In this document: in pieces, positions 12,661 through 23,795 of the stretch
Layout of the letters: every line of letters starts with the position of its first letter
How positions within the stretch are numbered: the stretch's first letter is position 1
NCBI GenBank assembly: GCA_030390025.1
Contig: CM059425.1
Span: forward strand, 260,896,001 to 260,960,000
Direction: 5' to 3'
DNA: 64,000 nt
Origin: Squalus acanthias
Lineage: Eukaryota
The notes under the pieces: generated by a model
What the model was told of the DNA's origin: nothing
The model's input: only the letters and a program-made list of their open reading frames with translations
The model's database searches: none
Position numbers and translations under genes: made by a program

Positions 12661-14199
12661 GAAAGTACATTAGTGAACCAGATGGGTTTTTGCGACAATC
12701 CGATAGTTTCGTGGTCAGCATTACAGATACTAGCTTTTTATTTAATTAACTGAATTGAGATTTGATCTCCCGTCTCTGGATCATTAGTTTGGATTAACTA
12801 GTATAGTAAGCTAACCACTATGCCACCGTTCCCAATTTGGTGTTCCTGCTTTTTTTTTGCTGTACCTCGTTCTCTGACCTCTTTCCAAACCAGGCGTCCT
12901 CCTGCACTATGGGATTTGGCACTTCCCTGAGACTGCTCAATGAAAGATAAAATCATCAGTTCAAAGTTGAATTTCATGTCATTTTTTTCCACTATGCTTT
13001 ATCTTCACTGCACTGAAAATTAAACACATTGGGGTAGATTTTCACTCCCTGCACCTGGCTTTAACAACAACAACTTGTATTTATATAGCGCCTTTAGCGC
13101 AGTGAAACGTCCCAAGGCGCTGCACAGGAGTATTTTAAGACAAAAAATTTGACCCCGATCCACATAAGGATAAATTAGGGCAGGTGACCAAGAGCTTGGT
13201 CAAAGAGGTAGGTTTTAAGGAGCGTCTTAAAGGAGGAAAGAGAGGTAGCGAGGCAGAGAGGTTTAGGCAGGGAATTCCAGAGCTTAGGGCCTAGGCAACA
13301 GAAGGCACGGCCACCAATGGTGGAGCGATTATAATCAGGGATGCTTAAGAGGGCAGAATTAGAGGAGCGCAGATATCTCCGGGGTGGGGGTTGTGGGGCT
13401 GAAGGAGATTACAGAGATAGGGAGGGGCGAGGCCGTGGAGGGGTTTGAAAACAAGGATGGGAATTTTGACGTAGTAAACCGTCCCAAGCCGCTTCACAGG
13501 AGCGTTTTGAAAGGGGCCGACCGCCCGATGTCCAAAGTGCCCACCTGGTTCAGGGTGCTAGGCCCTTTTTAAGAGAGATCGAGGACCTATGACCTAACTC
13601 GTGTGGACTTCGATCAGTACCACTGGCGACGGAACTGAAGAGGCCCCACCAAAGGTGAGTGTTGAACTATATCTTGTGAGCCCCGCCCGGAGGAGGAGCG
13701 AAAAATTAAAAAAGAATCGTGGCAGCTGCAGTCCGGGGACCCCAACATCCTCAATCGCGACAACCCCACCCCTTGCTGGTGGTCACCCCGGCCCGACCCT
13801 GAGGCCTCAATCCATCCAGCAAGCTGCATCAGGGCACCTGTTTGGCATCCAGCAGTTCGCCAAATTCTTAGTAAGGCCGGGGCCTCAAAATGGCTGGGCT
13901 GGTGACTCTTCACCATGGGAACGGGCGACCTTGTATAATTTTGAAATAGGTTGTGTGTAGAATTACATAGTATTTACAGCACAGAAACAGGCTATTCCTT
14001 TCTCCCTCATGCATTTATCTCGCTTCCTCTTAAATGCATCTATGCTATTCGCCTCAACCACTCCCTGTGGTAGTGAGTTCCACATTCTAACCACTGTCTG
14101 GGTAAAGAAGCTTCTCCTGAATTGTTTCTGCTGGGGAAGAGCTAGGCATCTGCAAGGACCACAGAGTTTCTGAGAGGAACATAGAGGAAGCATTGAGCT

Positions 14200-14577
14200 G
14201 TGACATACAAGATCCTGAAGGGGCTTGACAGGGTAGATGCAGAGAGGATGTTTCCCCTCGTGGGGGAATCTCGAACTAGGGGGCATAATTTCAGAATAAG
14301 GGGTCGTCCATTTAAAACTGAGATGAGGAGGAATTTCTTCTCTCAGAGGGTCGTGAATCTTTGGAATTCTCTTCCCCAGAGAGCTGTGGAGGCTGGGTCA
14401 TTAAATACATTTAAGGTGGAGATACAGATTTTTGAAAGGTAAGGGAGTCAAAGGTTATGGGGAGCGGGCAGGGAAGTGGAGTTGAGGCCAAGATCAGATC
14501 AGCCATGATCTTATTGAATGGCGGAGCAGGCTCGAGGGGCCGAATGACCTCCTCCTGCTCCTACGTCTTATGTTCTT
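14200..14577 (+). mobile_element. CR1 LINE 3' fragment
   Basis: YKILKGLDRVD...RTRGH...FFSQRVVNLWNSLP and CR1 3' tail. Confidence 0.85.
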
Positions 14578-15184
14578 AACCACTAGTAAGGGATGCCAAC
14601 CGAAATCGAACAGGACAGTGACCTGTCCAAAGGACAACATGGCAAGTTCAACTTTTTTACGGTCATTGCCTCTAACCTGCAGGGCCGGCCTACACTATAA
14701 TCCTAGAATCATAGAAATTTACAGCACAGAAGGAGGCCATTCGGCCCATCTTATCCAGCCTAATCCCACTTTCCAGCTCTTGGTCCGGAGCCCTGCAGGT
14801 TACGGCACTTCAGGTGCATATCCAAGTACTTTTTAAATGTGATGAGGGTTTCTGCCTCTACCACCCTTTCAGGCAGTGAGTTCCAGACCCCCACCACCCT
14901 CTGGGTGAAAACATGGACGGAGATGGACACCAAAGACTCAGAAACGAGCAACCATCAGTACAAAAATCATTGGCTGCAATCCGCATTACTGATAAGCACT
15001 GGTGTTCACAGGGGGCCACCAATCTACACGTCTACAGGAACAGGCCTTGAGAAATCACAAACAAGAAAATGGATTTAAGCACCAGACTCCAGCCAACTGC
15101 AGACTCTGCTGCGAGGAGTTCACCAGTTTACTGTTTAACATTTGACTGTCATTTTCAACTAAATTAAAAACTAAAAATTATTCA

Positions 15185-17542
15185 GGGTGAAAATTGATAG
15201 ACAGGATGTACCAGAAAGGCTGGGTAGGCTTAGAGTGGATAAGTCGCCTGGTCCAAATGGCTTGCATCCCAGGTTGCTAAGGGAATTGCGGGAGGAGATA
15301 GCGGAAGGGCTTGCCATAATTTTCCAATCTTTCCTAGATGCGGGGGAGGTGCCTGAGGATTGGATAGTGTCAAATGTGACACCATTGTTCAAGAAAGGGT
15401 GTAAGGACAATCCTAGTAACTACAGGCCGGTCAGTTCAACATCAGTGGTGGGTAAAGTTTTAGAAACAATAATCAAGGAAAAAATTAACGGGCACTTGGA
15501 GAGATTTAAGCTAATTAAGGAGAGCCAACACGGATTTGTAAAAGGCAGATCGTGTTTGACTAATCTAATTGAATTTTTTGCTGAAGTAACGGAGGATTGA
15601 TGAAGGGAATGCAATGGATGTTGTCTACATGGATTTTCGGAAGGCGTTTGACAAAGTACCACATGGAAGGCTGGTTGACAAAATTGAGGCTCATGGAATA
15701 GGTGGGTCAGTGGCAGCTTGGATTAGGAATTGGCTTAAGGACAGAAAACAGCGAGTTGTGGTAAATGGCTGTTTTTCAGACTGGAGGATGGTAGACAGTG
15801 GTGATCCCCAAGGGTCAGTGCTGGGGCCACTGCTTTTTTGATGTATATAAATGACCTGGATATTGGAATACAGAGTAGAATTTCTAAATTTGCCAATGAC
15901 ACCAAACTTGGCGGTGTGGCAAACAGTGATGATACCAATTGACTGCAGCAGGACATAGAAAGGCTAGCAGAATGGGCAGACAAGTGGCAGATGGAATTTA
16001 ATAGAGAAGTGTGAGGTGATGCATTTTGGCAGAAGGAACAGGGAGAGGCAATATCCACTTAATGGCAGAGTTTTAAAGAGAGTGCAGGGACAGAGGGACC
16101 TGGGAGTTAATGTGCATAGGTCCCTGAAAGTGGCAGGACATATTGAGAGAGTGTTAGCAAAGCATATGGGATCTTGGGCTTCATAAATATAGGTATTGAG
16201 TACAAAAGTAGAGAAGTTGTGCTGAACCTTTATAAAGCGCTGGTTAGGCCACAACTGGAGTATTGCGTCCAGTTCTGGCCACCACACTTTAGGAAGGATG
16301 TGAAGGCACTTGAGAGGGTGCAGAGGAGATTTACCAGAATGGTTCCAGGGATGGGGAATCTTAGCTACACGGACAGGTTGGAGAAGCTGGATTTGTTTTC
16401 ATTAGAGCAAAGGAGGTTGAGGGGTGATTTGATAGAGGTGTACAAGATTATGGGTGGAAGATGCCTGTGCATGAATTCTTTTAACGTTTTAGCCGTTGCA
16501 CACCAGCTACCACACGGGCTTGACAGAGTAAGGTCTTGGTCCAAGGGGATCCAAGACGATTGGAGACCAGGCTCTGCTACAATGGCCTAGCATGGACCAT
16601 GTACAGCCGGCACCTCAAAGCACTGGAGAGGTACCACAAACGCTGCCTCCGCAAGATCCTGCAAATCCATTGGCAGGATAGGCACACCAACATCAGTGTT
16701 CTTGCTCAGGCCAACATCCCCAGCATCGAAGCTTTGACCACGCTCGATCAGCTCCGATGGACGGGTCACATTGTCCGCATGCCCGATACGAGACTCCCAA
16801 AACAAACGCTCTACTCGGAGCTCCAGCATAGCAAGAGAGCCCCAGGTGGGCAGAGCAAACACTTCAAGGACACCCTCAAAGCCTCCTTGAAAAAGTGTAA
16901 CATCCCCACCGACACCTGGGAATCCCTGGCCCAAGACCACACAAAGTGGAGGAGAAGCATCTGGGAAGGCGCCGAACACGAGTCTCTTCGCCGGGAGCAA
17001 GCGGAAGCCAAGCGCAGGCAGCGCAAGGAGCGCACGTCAACCCAAGCACCCCACCCACCTGCCCCTTCAACCACCGTCTGCCCCACCTGTGACAGAGACT
17101 GTAGGTCCCGCATTGGACTCATCAGTCACCTGAGAACTCATTTTTAATGTGGAAGCAAGTCATCCTCTGTTCCGAGGGACTGCCTAAGAAGAAGAAAAGA
17201 TTATGATGGATTTGGATAGGCTAGACGGAGAAAGGCTGTTCCCTCCAGTTGATGGTACAAGGACTAGGGGACACAGATTTAAGGTTTTGGGCAAGAGATA
17301 CAGGGGGGATGTGAGGAAAAACTTTTTTAAGCAGTGAGGACCTGGAACTCGCTGCCGACGGAAGTGGTGGCAGTGGAGACACTCAATGTTTTCAAGGGGA
17401 GACTGGATAGGCACTTAAGGGAAATATACTTGCAGGGCTACGGGGATAGAGCGGGGGAATGGGACTGACTGGATCGTTCTACAGAGAGCCGGCACGGACT
17501 CAACGGGTCGAATGGCCGCCTTCTGTGCCGTTATGACTCTAT
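15185..17542 (+). mobile_element. Decayed CR1 LINE ORF2 (RT to 3' end), with an RTE insert
   Basis: KSPGPNGLHPR, NYRPVS, SQHGFVKGRSCLTN and LEYCVQFW motifs with stops and frameshifts. Confidence 0.9.
16453..17196 (+). mobile_element. Short RTE-derived element with 9-bp TSD AAGATTATG and (AAG)n tail
   Basis: TSD at 16444-16452 and 17197-17205. ORF has WTGHIVRMPDTRLPKQ and C-terminal CPTCDRDCRSRIGLISHLRTH (RTE type). Confidence 0.9.
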
Positions 17543-18588
17543 GTCACATTAACAGACACACATGTTGCTGTTTCATACTTCATTAAATCAGGTATAAGGA
17601 GGATGAGAATTTTTTTTTACACAGTGAGTTGTTATGATCTGGAATGCGCTGCCTGAAGGGGCGGTGGAAGCAGATTCAATAGTAACTTTCGAAAGGAAAT
17701 TGAATAAATACTTGAAGGGTAAAAATTTGCAGGGTTATGGGGAAAGAGCAGGGGAGTGGGATTAATTGGATAGCTCTACCAAAGAGCCGGCACAGGTACA
17801 ATGGGCCGAAAGGCCTCCTTCCGTGCTGTATCATCCTATGAAATGTAGTGCCAGTCGATGCGAAGGAGGAGCCAATGTTCATACACACACAATTGTTTAT
17901 TTAGAGCACTGTTCACAATCATTGCAGCTCCACATGTAACTTTGATACACTGACAGCAAAAGCACAGATTCACTCTGAGATCAGCTATTGAAAGCTGGCT
18001 GACCTCCAGCAGAATCTCCCATCACAGCCGATGAGTTGGAAACAGCAGCCAGTTTTTTTTTTATTCGTTTATGGGATGTGGGCGCCGCTGGCAAGGCCAG
18101 CATTTATTGCCCATCCCTAATCGCCCTTGAGAAGGTGGTGGTGAGCCGCCTTCTTGAACCGCTGCAGCCATTGTGGTGAAGGTGCTGCTACAGTGCTGTT
18201 AGGGAGGGAGTTCCAGGATTTTGACCCAGCGACAATGAAGGAACGGCCGATATACTTCTAAGTCAGGATGGTGTGTGACTTGGAGGTGGTGGTGTTCCCA
18301 TGCGCCTGCTGCCCTTGTCCTTGATCATGGGTTTGGGTTTGGGAGGTGCTGCTGAAGAAACCTTGGCGAGTTGCTGCAGTGCATCTTGTAGATGGTACAC
18401 ACTGCAGCCACGGTGCGCCGGTGGTGGAGGGAGTGAATGTTTAAGGTGGTGGATGGGTGGATGGGATGCCAATCAAGCAGGCTGTTTTGTCCTGGATAGT
18501 GTCGAGCTTCTTGTGTGTTGTTGGAGCTGCACTCATCCAGGCAAGTGGAGAGTATTCCATCTCGCTCCTGACTTGTGCCTTGTAGATG

Positions 18589-21500
18589 GTGAAGTTAGTG
18601 GGAGTTGTATACAGACCCCCAAACAGTAATGCTGAGGTTGGGGATGGCATTAAATGGGAAATTAGAGATGCGTGCAATAAGGGCACAGCAGTTATCATGG
18701 GTGACTTTAATCTACATATAGATTGGGCTAACCAAATTAGTAGCAATACTGTGGAAGAGGAATTCCTAGAGTGTATACAGGATGGTTTCTTGGACCAATA
18801 TGTTGAGGAACCAACTAGAGATCAGGCCATCTTAGACTGGGTATTATGTAATAAGAAAGGATTAATTAGCAATCTTGTTGTGCGAGGCCCCGTGGGGAGG
18901 AGCGATCATAATATGATAGAATTCTTCATTAAGATGGAGAGTGAAGTAGTAGTTGACTCAGACTAGGGTACTGAATTTAAATAAAGGAAACTACGATGGT
19001 ATGAGGCTCAAGTTGGCTAGGATGGATTGGGGATTGGGGAATGTTACTTAAAGGGTTGACGGTGAATAGGCAATGGCAAACATTTAAAGATCGCATGGAT
19101 GAACTACAGAATTTGTTCAACCCTGTTTGGCATAAAAATAAAACAAAAATGGTGACTCAATCGTGGCTAACAAGGGAAATTAGGGATAGCATAAGATCCA
19201 AGGAGAGGGCATATAAATTGGCCAGAAAAAGCAGCAAACCTGAGGATTGGGAGCAGTTTAGGATTCAGCAAAGGAGGACAAAGGGATTAATTAAGAGGGG
19301 GGAAATAGAGTATGAGAGTAAGCTTGCAGGGAACATAAAAACTTACTGTAAAAGCTTCTATAGATATGTGAAGAGAAAAAGATTGGTGCAGTCAGAATCA
19401 GGGGAATTTATAATGGGGGACAAAGAAATGGCAGTCCAATTAAATACATACTTTGCTTCTGTCTTCACAAAGGAGGACACAAATAAACTCCCAGAGATGT
19501 CGGGGAACATAGGGTCTAATGAGAGGGAGGAACTGAATGAAATCAGTATTTGTAGGGAAATAGTGTTAGGGAAATTGATGGGATTGAAGGCCGATAAATC
19601 CCCAGGGCCTGATAATCTACATCCTAGGGTACTTAAGGAAGTGGCCCTAGAAATAGTAGATGCATTGCTGGTCATCTTCCAAAATTCTATAGACTCTGGA
19701 ACAGTTCCCATGGATTGGAGGGTAGCTAATGTAACCCCACTATTTAAAAAAGGTAGTAGAGAGAAAACAGGGAATTATAGACCGGTAAGCCTGACATCGG
19801 TAGTGGGGAAAATGCTAGAGGCCATTATAAAAGATGTAATAGCAGAGCGCTTGGAAAACAGTGATAGGATCGGACAAAGTCAACATGGATTTACAAAAGG
19901 TAAATCATGCTTGACTAATCTACTGGAATTTTTTGAGGATGTAACTGGTAGAATAGATAAGGGAGAACCAGTGGATGTGGTGTATTTGGACTTTCAGAAG
20001 GCTTTCAATAAGGTCCCGTAGAAGAGATTAGCGTGCAAAGTTAAAGCACATGGGATTGGGGGTAAGGATAGAGAACTGGTTGGCAGACAGGAAGCAAAGA
20101 GTTGGAATAAACGGGTCTTTTTCCGAGTGGCAGGCAGTGACTAGTGGGTACCGCAGGGATCGGTGCTAGGACCCCAGTTATTCACAATATATATTAATGA
20201 TCTAGACGAGGGAACTAGGTGCAATATCTCCAAGTTTGCAGACGACACAAAGCTGGGTGGGCGTGTGTGCTGTGAGGAGGATGCAGAGAAACTCCAGTAT
20301 GATTTGGACAGGTTGGGTGATTGGGCAGATGCAATATAATGTGGATAAATGCGAGGTTATCCACTTTGGTGGCAAAAACAGGAAGGCAGATTATTATCTG
20401 AACGGCAATAGATTGGGAAAAGGGGAAGTGCAACGAGACCTGGGTGTCCTTGTGCACCAGTCGCTGAAGGTAAGCATGCAGGTGCAGCAGGCGGTTAAGA
20501 AGGCAAATGCTATGTTGGCCTTCATAGCGAGAGGATTCGAGTACATGGCCGAGTGAGAGAACCATGGTTCACAAAAGAGGTTGAATGTCTAGTCAAGAGG
20601 AAAAAGGAAGCGTATGTAAGGATGAGAAAACAAGGTTCAGTTGGGTCGATTGAGGGCTACAAGGTAGCAAGGAATGAGCTAAAAAAAGAGCTTAGGAGAG
20701 CTAGGAGGGGGCATGAGAAGTCCTTGGTGGGTCGGATCAAGAAAAACCCCAAGGCCTTTTACTCTTATGTGAGAAATAAAAGAATGACCAGGGTGAGGGT
20801 AGGGCCGGTCAAGGACAGTAGTGGGAACTTGTGCATGGAGTCAGAAGAGATAGGAGAGGTGATGAATGAATACTTTTCGTCAGTGTTCACCGAGGAGAGG
20901 GGCCATGTTCTTGAGGATGAGAGTGTGATAAAGGTGGATAGGCTGGAGGTGGTAGATGTTCTGAGGGAAGATGTTTTAGCTATTTTGAAGAACCTGAGGG
21001 TCGATAAGTCCCCTGGGCCAGATGGGATATATCCTAGGATTCTTTGGGAGGCAAGGGAGGAGATTGCAGAGCCTCTGGCTTTGATCTTTGGGTCCTCACT
21101 GTCCACGGGGATGGTGCCAGAGGACTGGAGAGTGGCGAATGTTGTTCCTCTCTTCAAGAAAGGAAATAGGAATGACCCTGGTAATTATAGGCCGGTTAGT
21201 CTTACTTCGGTGGTTGGTAAGATAATGGAAAAGGTCCTGAGGGATAGGATTTATGACCATTTGGAAAGGGGCAACTTAATCAGGGATAGTCAACATGGAT
21301 TCGTGAAGGGTAAGTCTTGCCTAACAAATTTGATTGAATTCTTTGAGGAGGTAACTAAGTGTGTAGATGAAGGTAGAGCAGTTGATGTCGTATACATGGA
21401 TTTTAGTAAGGCGTTTGATAAGGTTCCCCATGGTCGGCTCATGAAGAAAGTAAGGAGTTGTGGGATAGAGGGAAATTTGGCCGATTGGATAAGTAACTGG

Positions 21501-23177
21501 CTATCTCATAGAAGGCAGAGGGTGGTGGTGGATGGAACATTTTCGGACTGGAGACCAGTTACCAGCGGTGTGCCACAGGGGTCGGTGCTGGGTCCTCTGC
21601 TGTTTGTGATTTTTATCAATGACTTGGAGGAGGGGACTGAAGGGTGGATCAGTAAATTTGCTGATGACACCAAGATTGGTGGAGTAGTGGATGAGGTGGA
21701 GGGCAGTTGTAGGCTGCAAAGAGACATTGATAGGATGCAGAGCTGGGCCGAAAAATGGCAGATCGAATTTAACCCTGATAAGTGCGAGGTGATTCATTTT
21801 GGTAGGGCAAATGTGAATAAGGATTACAGGGTCAACGGCAGGGTTCTGAGGAACGTGGAGGAGCAGAGGGATCTGGGGGTTCATATCCACAGATCTCTGA
21901 AGGTTGCCACTCAAGTGGATAGAGCAGTAAAGAAGGCCTATGGTGTGTTGGCATTTATTAACAGAGGGTTTGAGTTTTAGAACCGTGAGGTTATGCTGCA
22001 ACTGTACAGGACCTTGGTGAGACCACATTTGGAATATTGTGTGCAGTTCTGGTCACCTCACTATAGGAAGGACGTGGAAGCATTGGAAAGAGTGCAAAGG
22101 AGATTTACCAGGATGCTGCCTGGTTTGGGGGGGAGGTCTTATGAGGAAAGATTGAGGGAGTTGGGGCTTTTCTCTTTAGAGCGGAGGAGGATGAGAGGCG
22201 ACTTAATAGAGGTTTATAAGATGATGAGGGGGATAGATAGAGTGGATGTTCAGAGACTATTTCCTCGGGTAGAGGCAGCTGTTACAAGGGGGCATAACTA
22301 TAAGGTGCATGGGGGGAGATATAGAAGGGATGTCCGAGGTAGATTCTTTACTCAGAGAGTGGTTGGGGTGTGGAATGGACTGCCTGCTGTGATAGTGGAG
22401 TCGGACACTTTAGGAACTTTCAAGCGGTTATTGGATAAGCACATGGAGCACACCAGAGTGATAGGGAGTGTGATAGCTTGATCTTGGTCTCGGACAATGC
22501 TCGGCACAACATCGAGGGCCGAAGGGCCTGTACTGTGCTGTACTGTTCTATGTTCTATGTTCTATGTACAGGAGCAAGGATGTCTTGCTGCAGTTCTACA
22601 GGGCCTTGGTGAGACCACACCTTGAGTATTGTGTGTAGTTTTGGTCGCCTTATCTGAGGAAGGATGTTCTTGCCATGGAGGGAGTGCAGCGAAGATTCAC
22701 CAGACTGATACCTGGGATGGCAGGAATGACGTATGAAGAGAGATTGGGTCGAGTAGGCTTATATTCGCTAGAGTTTAGAAGAATGAGAGGGGATCTCATT
22801 GAAACTTATAAAATTCTAACAGGACTAGACAGACTAGATGCAGGAAGGATGTTCCCAATGGCGGGGGAGTCCAGAACCAGGGGTCACAGCAAGGATAAGG
22901 GGTAAGCCATTTCGGACTGAGATGAGGAGGAATTTCTTCGCCCAGAGAGTGGTGAACCTTTGGAATTCTCTACCACAGAAGGCAGTTGAGGCCAATTCAT
23001 TAAATATATTCAAGAAGGAGTTAGATATATTTCTTAAGGCTAAAGGGATCAAGGGATCTGGGGAGAAAGCAGGGACAGGGTACTGAATTTGGATGATCAG
23101 CCATGATCGCATTGAATGGCGGAGCAGGCTCGAGGGGCCGAATGGCCTACTCCTGCTCATATCTTCTATGTTTCTAT
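18589..23177 (+). mobile_element. CR1 LINE ORF2 (EN-RT-3' end), interrupted at 20546-22565
   Basis: GVVYRPPN...[30 protein letters not shown] motifs; ttctatgtttctatg tail. Confidence 0.9.
20546..22565 (+). mobile_element. Young 5'-truncated CR1 LINE with GTACA TSD
   Basis: 475-aa open RT ORF plus C-terminus after a single TAG; (TTCTATG)3 tail; empty site present at 60796-60800. Confidence 0.95.
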
Positions 23178-23779
23178 GCTTTGGGGAGTCAGGAGGTGAG
23201 ACACTCACCGCAGAATACCCAGCCTCTGACCTGGTCTTGTTGCCACAGTATTTATGTGGCTGGTCCAGTTAAGTTTCTGGTCAATGGTGACCCCCAGGAT
23301 GTTGATAGTGGGGGATTCGGTGATGGTAATGCCATTGAATATCAAGGGGAGATGGTTAGACTTTCGCTCGTTGGAGATAGTCATTGCCTGGCACTTCCGT
23401 GGCACGAATGTTACCTGCCACTTATCAGTTCCCTGAGCAAAGCACCTGGAATAATTGGCATTTCCCAACTGTCGTACTCACAGTCACCTCTGTCCCATGG
23501 CCTCTCCCACTATTCACATCATAGATAAAGCCTGGGCATTTGTACAGAATTATATTGGGAATGATCCTACGCGGATTCCATTCGAAATGACAGTGTGAAG
23601 CAGAGCCGTGCCAAATAGCTGATTAACAGGAAGAATTTTGCACTGCGGTCCAGGATCACTCAGCGAAGGATCACTATAGCAAGTACAGCTTGAATCGCTG
23701 GATGAGATTCAGTGCTGGGAGAGCGGAACAGGTTTATATTGCGGTTTGTACATTGGGTTTCTCAGCCTCCTGGGATGGA

Positions 23780-23795
23780 TCAGTCCTGCTCCTTT
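23780..23795 (-). CDS. SIGLEC15-like: Terminal coding exon (R)KEQD-stop, followed by 3' UTR
   Basis: Acceptor tcttgttttgtccacag|A in a unique island, phase 2 matching the TM exon donor; TGA at 23782-23780. Conserved in the duplicate copy. Confidence 0.6.

Larger units (their letters stand above)
18052..23432 (-). mobile_element. CR1/L2-group LINE 3' portion (18052-18588 plus 23178-23432), split by nested CR1s
   Basis: Poly-T/ttattcg 3' end at 18052; the sequence resumes at ctttggggagtcagg after the nested insert. Confidence 0.8.

Noticed and set aside
12866-12932. WF-GKR motif suggesting an amidated neuropeptide precursor
   Set aside because: No signal-peptide exon and no match to a peptide family I recognise; kept only as a weak exon-like island.
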